Below the pieces are notes generated by a model, which was given only the letters and a program-made list of their open reading frames with translations, searched no databases and was not told the origin of the DNA. Positions 40,190 to 53,400 of a DNA stretch of 64,000 nucleotides are shown here, in pieces (positions within the stretch are counted from its first letter, which is position 1; each line of letters begins with the position of its first letter). Origin of the DNA: Cyanophora paradoxa CCMP329. Lineage: Eukaryota > Plantae > Glaucophyta. The stretch covers positions 310,001-374,000 of the forward strand of contig QPMI01000572.1 of the NCBI GenBank assembly GCA_004431415.1, written 5' to 3'. The position numbers were made by a program, and so were the translations under genes.

Positions 40190-43100
40190 CAAGGGCTCAC
40201 GGGGTACCAGATGCGAAAACCGCGACGGACCACGCTCGGAACGAGGCGAAGGGGTACCGCTCCGTAATGGAGGCCGAGATCGACCGCTTCACCGCTGGTT
40301 CGAATCTCGCCGGGGCCCTTCCGATCATTTCCTGCCCAGTGACATTTTCGCTCCGCAGCGGTCGGCGGACAGGTCTCAGAGCTAACGAAGCGCGTGGAGG
40401 GCAGCGAGGTGCGCGAGTATGTACCCCCCAAACCCGCACCCCTCCCGAGCTTGTACCCCGGCAGGAGGAGATTTTGAGCCGCGTTAAGGCCGCCTCCGAG
40501 GAGCTCGCGGCGCGCATCCAGGAGTCCCAGGTTCGAATCCCCGCGGTCCGTTTCATCCGTCTCCCTTTTCAGAGCGGTACCCCCCGAAGGCGACCCTCTC
40601 GGCGCGGCTGGAAGAGTCGCACAAGTCGCTCTCCAACTCAGACTCGGCCCTCGAGGCGATTCCCGTACCTCCCGCGCTTTGAAACCGGTTTTGAAGTACC
40701 CGTCCCCCGCCGCAGGCCCGGATCGGGGAGGTGAAGCGGGAGGGGCGGGAGGGCCTCGAGCGCGCCGCGGCGGACCTCGAGAAGGCCAAGGCGCGCCGTA
40801 CCCCCTTCCTCGCTCTCCTCTATCCTAACAGGGCCTACCCCCCTCCAGGGCGAGCTGGAGGTCCGGATCCACGCCGGCCTCTCGGAGCTGCAGTCCGAGG
40901 TGCCGCACACGTACCCCCCGCCCGCATCCGCGCTCATCGGGGGCGGGCAGGTGGGGGCGGCGCGGGCGGCGCTGGCGAAGGCGCGGGCGGCGCTGGAGGC
41001 GGGGGCCGCCGACCTCGAGGAGCGCCTCGAGGGCAAGGTCCGACCCGCCCCGCCCCCGGCTTCGCCCCGCGGTCCTGGCAAGTTGTTGTTGTTGCTAGAC
41101 GGGCCCTGCCGAGATGGCGGGCGCCGCGCTGCTGTTCCGTCGCCTTTGGGAGGGTCGTAGATGGGGATACTTCCGAGTCGTCCTGTTCGCCGCGCGTGAT
41201 CGGGGGCGGGCGTGGCAGATCCAGGAGGCGGTGGCGGCGGGGACGGCCGGCCTGGCCGACCAGGCCAGCGGTGCGCCCCTCTGCTTCGCCATCCTAATCG
41301 TATATATCATAGCCGCGTCTTACCCTCGTCCGCCCGCCTCAGCGGCCTCGACGGAGGCCCGCCTCGCCCGCGACGACGTCGGTGCGCCCCCGCCCCCACC
41401 GCCTCCTCCCGCCCCGCTTTCCCGCGTCGTCGAGCGCCCCGCCCCGCAGCGACGGTGAACAGCACGCTCACAGCCGCCGTCGTCGGCGCCAAGGTGCCCC
41501 CCGCCCGCCCGCCCGCCCCGCCCGCCCCGCCCCGCCCGCCCCGCCCAGCTGAGGCGGGGCGGGGCGCCCCCCGCGCAGGGCGACATGTTCGCGGCGGTGG
41601 AGCGCGCCGCCGACGGCGCCCGCGGTGCCGTCCAGGAGCTCAAGGTACCCCCCCCCTTCCCCCCTCCTCTCCTCCCATTTTTCTAGCTGCTGTTAATTTT
41701 GATGTCGTCGGATTCGGTTTTGATGTAACCCCGTGGGGGCAGGCGCGGCTCGACACGGCGACGCAGGTGCGCCCCGCACTCCGAATCCAACCCTCAGAAT
41801 TCGAGTTCGAGCCTCGGATTGGGTCGCAGGAGGCGCGGGAGGCGGTGGAGCGGACGGCGGCGGCGGCGGACGCGCGCGCCAGCGACGTCGAGCACGACCT
41901 CCTCGAGCGCGTGCGCAGGCCCCGGGGCGCACGCCTCGGAGCTATCTCGTGATAGAGGGGGGCGCTATCTTGATCTGGAAGATAGAGATTCCGTATGAGA
42001 TCTAGGCCCCCTCTGCAGGCCCCCGGACGGAGGCCCTGGGGCGTAGGCCCGCCGCAGGAGGAGATCCCCGTCTAGCCCCTCCCCATCCCTATTTGAATCC
42101 TATGAGCGAGATTCCGTAAGAAAATTATCTAGGCTCTCGAGCGGCTCCCTTGGTCCCAGCCCGCGGCTCCCTCCCCCTCTTCACCCCCTCCGCCTCGTCA
42201 CCGCCCTCCGCCCCTCCGCAGGTGAAGGCGACGGGGGTGGAGGCGCGGGACGCCGTGGCGGCCCTCCGCCTCCACGTCGACAAGGCCGACGCCGGTGCGC
42301 CCCGGCGAAGCCCCCGGGCCCCAGCCGGCGCCCGGGGCGGGCGGGGCAGGCCTGACGCGGGCGGCGGTCTTTTGCAGCGCTGGTGGAGGGGGTGCAGCGC
42401 GCGGCGCAGCGCGACCAGGCCCTCGAGGCCTCCATCACAGGTCCGGGCACCCGTCTCCCCTGCGAAGAAGAAGAGCGTTTCTGAGGTGGCGGGGCCGGGC
42501 AGGGGTGGCGGGGCGCGTGGACGACCAGGCGGCCGCCCTCGCCAAGGTCCGCCCTCTCATCCTCTCATCCTCCGAGCCGACCAGGCGGCCGGCTCGGATC
42601 ATGCCGAGAGTCTTCTCTCTAACGCGGGCCGGGGGGCGGGCAGGTGGAGAAGGAGACGGTGCCGGCGGCCCTCGCCCGCCTCGCCGCCGTCCGCGACGGT
42701 CCGCACCGCCCGCCCCCTTTGCCGCCGCCCCCCGACCCTGCCCTCCGTCCCTGCAGAGCTGCGTGCGGCGCTGGAGGCCGGGGACGCGCGGCTGGAGGAG
42801 GCGGCGGCCGCAGCGGCCGCCGCCGCGCAGCAGCGCCACGACTCCCTCCAGGCCGCCATCAACGACGTGCGCTTTCTGGGAGGGGCCTGGTCGGGGCCGC
42901 GGGTTCCGACGCGGGGGCCCGGGCGAGGCAGGCGCGGGTGGTGGCGGAGGGGGGCCACGCGGAGCAGGGGCAGTCCATCCTCCGCCTCATCGCCAAGCAG
43001 GGCGGTCCGCTCTCCCCCCCTCTCTTCCTCCTTCCGCCTCCTCTCTCCCCTCCCTTTCTCCCCCTCTTCCTCCCCACTCTCCCTCCTCCCTCAAGCTTCT

Positions 43101-45291
43101 CCTCACGCCACAGAGCTCGAGGCGACGGTGGTGGAGGCGCAGGACCGCGCCGACGACGCCGCCGCCCTCGCCCACGAGGCGCGCCCCGCCTGTACCCCCT
43201 CGCCTCCTCCCCTCTTATGCCCCGGCAGGTGTCGGAGGCGGCGAAACTTGAGTGCGGGGCGGCGGGGGCGGCGGCGGAGGCGGCGCGGGCGCGGGCTGAG
43301 GAGCTCCACTCCGAGGCCCTCCGCCACGCCGGTGCGCGCCGCAGACGCGCAGTGAACGCCTTGAAGAGAAGAGATATCTTCCTAGACTCCTAACTCCTCC
43401 TCGTCTCGCACGCCCTCGCGAGAGCTCTAGAGGAGAGCAGGCGCACGGGCAGAGGGAACATCGGCTCTCGCTCTTGCCTGCCGCCTTTCGTTTCCGCCGC
43501 CTTCTATCCTTCCTTGCTTTCGGCCCCCCGACGCGGCCCGGCGCAGACCACGTGGCGGTGACCAGCGCCGAAGAGGCCGGTGCGCCCCCCCTCCCGCGTC
43601 TACCCCCTCCCTGCCTCCGCTCAGCCCGGCTCACCTCGCCTCAGCCGCGGCGCTGCGGGTGGAGGCGGCGGCGCTGGAGGCGCGGGCCCGCGGCTACGCC
43701 GACGCGGCGCGGGACGCCGCGGCGGCGCAGGCCAATGGTCCGCCAGCTCTTCTTCCTCTTCCTCCTCTAGCTGCCCTCTGAGCCGTCCTGACCCTGGCCT
43801 CGCCTCCTCCCGCAGAGGAGGCCGGGAAGCTGGTCGAGGCCCTCCGTGCGCGAAGTCGGAGGCTTCTCGGAGTGTTGGGGCGAGTCTTAGGGGGGCGGGC
43901 GGGTGCGCAGGCGTGCCGCGGCAGATCTCGGACGCGGTGCACTCCCTCCACTCCAAGATCCAGCACGGTGCCCCGCCAGCTTTCAGCTCTACTCCGCTTT
44001 ACTCCGCTTCACTGAAGTCGACGCCCGCCCCTCAGAGGTCGAGGCGACGTACGCGAGGCGGGAGGAGGTCGAGGCCGCCTCCGCCCGCCTCGCCGCCCTC
44101 GAGAAGGCCGCCGCCGACACCGCCTCCATCTACCCCACCCGCGCCGGTGCGTGGGGGGGGCCGTACCCCCCGGAGACGCTAGAGCGAGCGATTTGATTAC
44201 CTGTACCCCGCCTCAGAGATGGAGACGGCCATCGAGGACGCAGTAGAGCGCGCGGTCGACGGTGCGCGTACCCCCGGAGCGCTGCGACGATCGCGTACCC
44301 CCTCGGGCGCTCATTTATGGTTTTTTTCTCTCGCCAGACGTCATGAAGCACGTGCACATCGCGTCGGAGGGGCTCGCCGCTCTCAAGCGTGCGCCCCGCG
44401 CGCGCGCCGGTTCTGTGCCATACCCCCGTGGACAAGCGTACCCCCGCAGAGACCTCCCAGGAGCTCGGCCACAGGGTCGGGGCCCTCGAGGGATTCGCCG
44501 AGGGTGCGCGCGGCGGTGATGGGGTACAGCTCTCCTCCGCGGCGCTCACTTCGTTCGCGGCCGCGCAGAGACGCGGGCGACGGCGGCGAGCAAGGGGGCG
44601 GTGGAGGGGGTACAGGACCGCGTGGAGGCGCTCGAAAACTTCCGCTCCGAAACGGCCGCCGCGGCGTACCTCACCCGCACCGAGGGCGACACGCGGTGCC
44701 CCGTACCCCCCCTTTAAATCGCGTACCCCATTTATTCCTTTCCCCCCACAGGTACGCGAGCAAGTCGACGTTCGCGCTCGACGCCGACGCGCTCCGCTGC
44801 CGCATCGAAGAGCTCGAGGAGGTGCCGTTCCCCCTCCCTCCGCCCCCCCGCGCCGATGTACCCCGTACCCCCTCACCTCTCGCCGTGCAGGCGCTGGCGG
44901 CGCTGCAGCGGGGGGCCCCCATCGCGAGGCTCGACGAAGAGGCCGAGGCGGAGGCGGGCCCAGCGCCCGAGAGCGGCGCCGCCGCCATCGCCGCCTACAT
45001 CGAAGCGGTACCCCTTCGACCCTCTTCGAGTCCGTACCCCGCTCCCGTCGACGCGGCCGTGCAGGCGGAGGGCTCGCTGGAGGGGTACGCCGTCCTGGAG
45101 GGGTACACGGAGACGGCGTCGCTGGGGTCGGAGGGCGGCTCGGCGGAGGGCGGCGCCGACGCCGCCGAGGTCGACGTGCGCCGCTTTCGGAATGTGGTTT
45201 TCGGTACCCCTCCCCGGCTCATTCCCCCCAGGAGGCGGCGGAGGTCGCGGGCCTCTGCGGCGCGGCGGAGGAGACGCTGTACCCCCTCTGA
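39239..45291 (+). CDS. Long Ala/Glu-rich coiled-coil protein built from many very short exons
   Basis: Heptad-like exons (ELRNRIAGLEIDSKQAFQK, EEILSRVKAASEELAARIQESQ, RAALEAGAADLEERLEGK, ELEATVVEAQDRADDAAALAHE) separated by GT/GC-AG introns; stop 45289-45291. No family recognised. Confidence 0.7.
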
Positions 45292-45908
45292 GGAGGGGGG
45301 ACGGCAGGCCCTGAGGGGAGAAAGCCGTCCGGCCCCCTGCTGGGGCACGACGTCGCTGCCTATAGCTACGTTCTCCGCTTTCGCAAGTGTTAGGTTCACT
45401 TCATTATTAATCTTACATATTGTGGCAAGCTCTCGTGTAATCAATTCTATTCGAATTCCTGACCCGGCCCAGCTCCAGCCTACACTCTGCCACACGACCC
45501 CGCACTGTAACATGGCCGCGCCATGCATATGGGCGCTCGCGGCCGGGGTGTATACGTAGCAAGGCTTTAATTTGAAGTTTCATTCAAACGCGCACCCCGG
45601 GCCCGGCACCGGACGGCACCCGTGTATACGTAATAATAATGTCTCTCAGGATTCATTGATTCTCGACCTATCTAGCGCTGTAGAACTAGTACTGTACAAC
45701 ACAGACTCGCAAACTACGCATGGCCATCAAAATGGCAGCTACGGTTTCTGCACCTCATTATGTTAGCAGCAGGCTGCTAGGGCGAGCCTGCGCCCGCCGA
45801 CCTAAATGCAACACCAAACTCAGTATCTCGCATGCGAAATGAAAGAGAAAGAAATAAACTAGAATCGAAGTCGAAGCCTCAGCGTGTGAAAGCTTCTAGG
45901 CTAGCTAG

Positions 45909-46821
45909 CTACGAGTGCGCGTGGACCCAGACGACGCGGTCGGCGGGCGGCGCGTCCAGCTCCCCTATCTCCAGATCGATGTCCAGGTCCTCGTCCGGGG
46001 GCGCGGGGGTCGACGACGCCAGCGAGGAGGGGGGCGAGGGCGCCGGCGAGGCCTTCGGGTTCGGGTTCGGATCCGGGGGGCGCCTTTCCGCGCCCCCCGA
46101 CGTCGACGCCCAGCGGCGGCGGGCCGCGTGGAGCGCCACGCCGAAGAGGACGAAGGCGACGGCGGCCGCCACGGCGACCTGGGCGAGCCGTGCGTCAGGG
46201 CGGAGAGCGGAGCAGAATTTCGAAGAGGGCGCGCGCGCTTACCCCCATGACGGAGCCGTCCCGGGGGAAGATGAACCAGTAGCTCTCCTCCCCGCCCAGG
46301 GAGGCGAGCCCCATGTAGGCCGCCACGCAAAACCTGCATGCGCCCCGGGGCCCGAGAAGGTGAGCCGCGCGAGCCTGCCTGCCGCGCGCCGCCCTCCCTC
46401 GGCAGCCGCCGCGCGCGCACGGGATTGTGTAGAACCGTATGATGGTGCACCGCGCGTTCCGCACGTAGGCGCCTGGCGACCTCAAGTTGCTGGCCAGGTA
46501 CACGTTCACATTCAGGGCGGTCCCCAGCACGACTGAGAGCTGAGCGGCGCGTCAGCGAGCGCGGTTGTCGTGTCTGAAACGTTGACGCACCCAGATTCCT
46601 CCGATCCACAACCGTGCGGGCGGATGCATCGCAACGGCGAGCTGCGACGGGAGAAGGAGTTGAGCTCGGGCATCCGCACGTGCATGCGAGGTACGCACTC
46701 GCGGCACGATGCAGATCCAGTAGACAAACAGCGCCCACAGCGGCAGCATCGCGGGCCTCAGGCTGTTCGCTACGAAGCGCGCGGCCGCGGCGGCCCGCGG
46801 CGAGCTGCGGAGAGCGGTCAT
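45909..46821 (-). CDS. Small putative membrane protein (or terminal exons of the large upstream surface-protein gene)
   Basis: Exons VVLGTALNVNVYLASNL..., FCVAAYMGL...YWFIFP, TM helix VAVAAAVAFVLFGVALHAA plus RRR and an acidic tail; hydrophobic leader from ATG 46821. Confidence 0.5.
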
Positions 46822-47459
46822 GGAAGCTAAGAACTACTGCAGAAGGCCTCTCCGCGCTTAGCTGCGGCCATCCCCGCGCACTGGCTCGGAGGGAAACCAG
46901 AGCGGCCGCAATTGCGAAATGATAAGTGCAACGCAAGAATTGCTGTACCCCTTCCGACCGATACATGCTGTGCGCATGCGCATGCCATGATGCAAATCAA
47001 ATGCGCATGCGCAATCAATTTTGCGCAATCACTTACAGCTATATATATATATATCTGCGCATGCACGACCACATGCATGTACACACCATACGTATACATG
47101 TACATGTGCATCATTTTTCATGCACAAGATCTAGATCTAGAAGGCAATTGCAAGCCTTGAGCTTAAGCAATGCCATGATGCCAGGCATTGTCTTAAGCTT
47201 AAGCTTGCGGGCGCCGCGGCCGCGGCCGTGCCGGCCTCTATAGCTAGATCTAGATCTAGATCTAGACGAATTCGAACAAGAATAAAAAACGCGAACCGTT
47301 GAACTGATCGAAAACTTCTGAAATAAAAATCGATCTACATCGACATCTAGATCTGCGTGTGCGTACTACGGTATACACGTGCACCGTCACACACAACAAC
47401 ACACAAGGCTTTGAAACTAGCCTAGTAGTACTAGCGCTAGCGCTAGTGCTAACTTTTGA

Positions 47460-50400
47460 TTAGTCAACATATACCGTATCGGGAAGGGTTGGTATGCGTA
47501 GGACGTCGATGGTCCAGGCGGCGGTGGTGTGGTAGACGGGGACGCCGGCGGCGGGCCCGACGCCGCCATTGAAGACGCACGAGAGGGAAGCCGTGTAGCG
47601 CCGCAGCACCGTGAGGGGCGACTCCACCCTGCGAGCGAGGTCAATAGTCAAGAGAGTGAGCGGAGGATCCGGATCCCGGAGTCCGGAGGCCGATCCGAAC
47701 TTGAATTTAGAGGCTTCATGTGCAATTTAATTTGAGCATGTCTAGACATTGAAAGGCACATTTTCCCAGAATGTGAATGAAAGAAAGACTTTCAGTTCCG
47801 TCGAGTCTATCTTGGAGAAATTAAAGGACCCGGCAGTGCTGCTCAGTGACGCACGCGGCGAGGGTCGTGTTGCGGATGAGGGCGGAGAGGGGCAGCTGGA
47901 TGGCCTGGCCGGGGACGACTTCCGCAGGGAGCCGCCACGCCGCGTCCTCCACGTCGAGGCCCGACGCCCGCACGCGCAGGCGGCACCCGCGCGCCACGTC
48001 CCCGCACGCCGTCTGCGACAGCGACCAGCTGCGCGCGAGGCCGCCGCTTACATTCGAAGCTAAGACCGGAACGGATCGGGCGGGGGCGGGGGGCTCGCCT
48101 GAGCTCGACGACGGCGAATCGGAGTGGGCCGGCGGTGAGGGCGGAGATGGCGACGGGGCGGGGCGGGGCGATAGTAATGGCCGGCGGCGACGACCGGTAG
48201 ACCTGATCATGAGCGCGAGGCGGCGCGGCGGGGGTGAGCGGAGCAGTGCGTATACATATAATAATAATAACTAGAAGATTTATGGAGAAATCGGGCGGCG
48301 GGACGGCGACGGAAATGCGGGGAAGTGGGGAGGGGGAGGGGGGCACTAGCAACCGGCGGAGGGAGAGAGGGAGGGGACGGCGGAGGGAGAGGTTAGGGAG
48401 AGGGAAGGAGGAGGGGAGGGAGAGGGGGGTAGAGGTGAGGGAGAGGGATAGTGGAGAGGGGAGGGGAGGCGGAGGGAGGGAGAGGGAAGACTGGGGGGGG
48501 GAGGAGGGGAGGGGGGAGGGTCAAAGAAAGCCGAGGAATGGGCGGACGCACGGGGACGAGGGAAGAGCAGACGGGGTGCGGGTCGCCGGCGAGGCTCACG
48601 TTCACCGCCACCGACGTCCCCACCTCCACCTGCGCCCCGCCCGGAAGCTTAGCTTTAAAAAGCTTAAGCTTGCAGGGGGTCGGATCCGACCTGGCGGGGC
48701 GCCGGCTCCTGGAGGAGGGCCGGGGGCGGGTTGGGCCGCAGGCAGGTCTCCGCCGGCATCGTCACGTTCGGGACGAGGTCGGGCAGGGCGACGGCGCAGG
48801 AGCCGTCCGCCGGCAGCGGCAGCGCGACGACGGGCGGCGGGCACGCGGGGCGCGGCGCGGCGCCCGGGCAGGGCCGGCGGGCGGGGACGTCGACCTCGAG
48901 CCAGAAGCTGCAGGCGCCGGTGGGGCCGGCCTCCGTCGGGTTGTGGAAGGCGACCGTGACGTTGTACACGCCCGCGGAGGAGCCGGGGAGGGGCGGTGCC
49001 CACGCCGGGTTGCTCGCGTTGGCGAAGGCGGGGTACAGGATCTCCCCGGGGGCAGGGCTCTGGGTCAGCGTGACGCCGGCGCCTGCGGCGTCGAAGTGAG
49101 CGGGTCGCTTCGTCATCGACGCGTACGAGTGAAAAGAGCAACAGCGTATGTAACGAAGAATTGTTTGTTATGTATCTTATGTATATAAATGAGGCACACT
49201 GGAGTTGAAGCGGAAGAAGCGGGCGAGGCTGGGCATGCGGAGGGCGCAGACGGGGCCGAGCCCCGTGGAGCCCGGGACGAGCACGCCGGCCGCCTCCTCC
49301 GCGGTGGGGGCCACCCGGAGACGCTCCGGGCATCGGATCTGCGGCGGCGTTCGCACGTGGCCCAACGTCAAAGATCTAAAGAGCTCAAGGATGTCTATGT
49401 GTACGCACCTGGTACAGAGTGGTGGGCTCGTTGCCCAGGAGCTCGGAGCCCGGGCACGTGGCGGGGGCGCCAGCGCCGCTCGAGGGGCCCGATCCCGAGG
49501 ACGCGGAATTCGAAGTCGGCGCGTACACTTCACGCGGCGCGTCAAACCATATGTGTGGGCGTGCGAGAGGGAGAGAGGAGAATTGAAGCGCACCGGAGTA
49601 CTCGATCTTGTGCCTGACCTGATTGTTCGTGTTGATACTGCCCCAGCTTGTGGATCGAGCCAAGGCGTAGTAATTCGGCGCGTTCTGCATCAAAATGTCC
49701 TTGCCGCTGTCAAGCTGCACGAGGAAAAGATCAGCAGTGAGCCCGAAGACCGAGGCGCCCGCAAGAACGAACGGGGCAGTTGTGCAGTTGGAGCCTCGGG
49801 TCAACACCGGCCCCCGCATCCGCAAGGTTCGTGGTCCAAACAACGCAGAAGCTGCGCGAATGGTCAGATAACGAGTGAAAGCTCGAGCGGTGAGCCACGC
49901 GTACTCCTGGTTCGAGCCGACAACGACGGGGGATCCGGTCGACGTCGCCGGAAAAGAAGCGGTGACTTCGCCTTCACCCACCGCCAGCGCCGGCGAGGTC
50001 ACGGCCGCATTCGAATTCGAGCCATACAGGGTTCCCGAAGGAGCGGTGAATCCGTTAGCGGGAACGGCAGACTGCCAGGGAAACGTTGGGCAAAATCTTC
50101 GGTGGGAAAAGAGCGCGCGGACCTGGATCTGGAACCGCAACGTCTGATTGTTCGACGTCACGGAATACCTCTGCGCTCTCGTCGGCGACCAGTTGCACCC
50201 GAAACACATCGCGCGCAGGGGCGCACGACTGTGATCTTGTCAATGCGGATGCTGCCAGCATTGATGTTGCGGTAGCAGGCCGCAAGATCCACGTTCGGAA
50301 CAGTGTAGTAAGCATTGAAGAAGCAGCTCGGCCCGAGCGTGAGCGCATCGTACGTAGCGCCAGTCCGCACGATCGTGGAGGGGCTCGAGCCCGATCCCGA

Positions 50401-53400
50401 ATTGTCGGTGGTCGACGTTCCTGAAACGCATGCACGCGCACGCGCATTAGGAGGACGGCAAGCATAATAATGCAAGAATATCTTGCCATATGCGTATACA
50501 TACCGTTGCCCGCATTCCGCAGGTCTACGGGGACCGATGTCACCGATGTGCGCCCCGCGCTGGTTGTCACCTCGACCTTCCACTCGAAGGCATTGGGGCA
50601 CCTGCGGCCCCCAAACGCAACGCGTCGATATCGATGGTCGCCGCCAATCGATATCCCGGCCATCACAATAGTGTCGGTCAACGAAAGAATATTTATGGAG
50701 GCAGTGCGCTATTTGATATAATGAATGTGAGGGCAATTTGCAGGCTTAAGCCTCGCAATCGGGCCCCCGCGCGCCCCAGGCTGGCTTAAGCGCAGTACTA
50801 GTGGACGTTGCGCGACAGCGCGAATGCCGCCACCCGCCGCGGCGGGCGAGTTTGAACGCACAGGCCTCCAGCGACGTAACCTCCGTAGTTGTAACTGTAG
50901 GGATTGCAAAACTTCTCCCACATGGTAGAGTTCAACACAATCGAGAAAGGGCTGGTTACTCCAGCGCCAACCTGCGCAACAGGCACATTATATAATTAAT
51001 AATAATTAGAGGCGTCGTACATGTTCTCGACAGATCGATATCTGAGAAGCTAGATCTACATTCAGCTAGCTACATAGATGTAGATCTAGAGCTCAAGCGC
51101 AGTCTCGAAGACTAAGAAGCATCGCATCATGCACTGTTTGTCCGATCTTCGACTACGTAAACAGTCGCATTTAGTTTGAAAATGACATCCGCCTGCTAAT
51201 ATTATTGACATATGGTTGTCGCACGCGCCGGGTGCATCTGTACTGCAGATGTACATGTGATCATGATCATGAGCTAGAATGCGAGCGGCGGATCCGGAAT
51301 CCCCATGGTCAAGATCTAGATCTACAGCTAGAGCACCCGCGCGCCACGCGAATGCGCACGCGTGCGCGTGTTGTCCCTAGGCCTGCTCATGATCAGGAGG
51401 CAACGGCGCACCGATTCGCAACTGTGGCCTTGCATGTACTTGCAGACGAACACGTCGGCGGCGGCATACATCGATGGCCCCAAGAGACCGTGCAAGGCTG
51501 GCCGATGAAGCAGACGCGTGTTGAGCCCCAGCTCGGAAAGGTAATGTAAGGGGCAACCGGCGCTGCGCCCCAGACAATTGCAATGCATCAGTGATCATGA
51601 CGCTCGCGACCTCTGGATCTGCCCGGCTTGCTTCGAGATCGGCACTGCCCATATGCATGCGCTTGCGCATGCGCATGCGTGTGGCCCCGATGCGCGGGCT
51701 CAGGCCACTCTTGGCGCGAGCGCATCACGCAACGATCGCGAGGGCCCACCTGGCTCGAGAGTGACGGAGCGCACGCCGTAGTTCGACGGTGACGTGCTCG
51801 ACACCACCACCCACTTTGCAGCGCACCCAGAGCTGCGCATCATTCGACGACTATAAGTACTCTTCACTGTCGGGATCAGGACGGCGATCGTGTTGTACAG
51901 TCAACTCCATGGCCAAATTAAAGCTTATAGAGCTAGAATGGCGAGACGCAAGCACGGTTAAAGCGGGATCGAGTGTTATGGCAAGCCTTGCATTCGCTGC
52001 CGGTTTGCAAGATGTTCATCGTATGAATTATATATATACTAGTATCGTCAGGCCGGTTAGCTTGCGAAATGTCGACGGGCACCCCAGTGCTGCCAGCCGT
52101 GTTTGCGACGCACCTCAAGCTTGAGTAACCGCACACAGTTCCGGCGACGTCACCGCCGATTCCCCTCGTGAGGTATGAAACGGACGCTGCGTCGTAGTAT
52201 CCGAGCTGCACGTGCAGATGCGCCGATACACATGCGCGTCAGCTTCAGCCAGCGCTAGCGCCACGCGAGCGCGTGCCATCTCATGCGCTTGCGCGTGGAG
52301 CCGGACTTTTTATAATTATTATCACGGCCGTTCATGCGCACCTCGACGCAGCCGGGGGTGGTGTAGGTGTAGTAGCCATCAGCGACGGTCGCATTGCAGA
52401 GCAGGATCGAGACGTAGCCCGCGTAGCCCGACCAGGCGATGGTGCAGGACGGGGAGAAGCCGTTGCCCTGCACCGTGCAGGTTGCGCTGCTGGAACCGTC
52501 GACGGCGATTGCGCTTTCGGCCACTGCGAGCGCACGCGCGCTTGTGATGTCAAATCCTAGGCCTGCTGACGACAAGAGATCTACATCTAAAGCTTCAAAT
52601 TAATATTGCCATTGTCGCATATGCATATGCACATATGCATGAATTCGAAATCTAGGCCAGGAGTGGCGAAGGTGGACCTCGAGATACATATACATGTACA
52701 TGATAAGGAGTTGGTTTATCGAATAATATATTAATCACTATCGGTTTGACACCTTAGCTCCGGATCCGGTTCCATGCGTATGGCAAGACACAGCGAATTC
52801 CAGTCGGACGATAGTTTCAATAAATGAACAAGCTATAGAGACCGGATGCGCACCGGTGACGTTCTTTGTGTTCCGCAGGTCTACGGGGACCGATGTCACC
52901 GATGTGCGCCCCGCGCTGGTTGTCACCTCGACCTTCCACTCGAAGGCATTGGGGCACCTGCGGCCCCCAAACGCAACGCGTCGATATCGATGGTCGCCGC
53001 CAATCGATATCCCGGCCATCACAATAGTGTCGGTCAACGAAAGAATATTTATGGAGGCAGTGCGCTATTTGATATAATGAATGTGAGGGCAATTTGCAGG
53101 CTTAAGCCTCGCGATCGGGCCCCCGCGCGCCCCAGGCTGGCTTAAGCGCAGTACTAGTGGACGTTGCGCGACAGCGCGAATGCCGCCACCCGCCGCGGCG
53201 GGCGAGTTTGAACGCACAGGCCTCCAGCGACGTAACCTCCGTAGTTGTAACTGTAGGGATTGCAAAACTTCTCCCACATGGTAGAGTTCAACACAATCGA
53301 GAAAGGGCTGGTTACTCCAGCGCCAACCTGCGCAACAGGCACATTAATAATAATTAGAGGCGTCGTACATGTTCTCGACAGATCGATATCTGAGAAGCTA

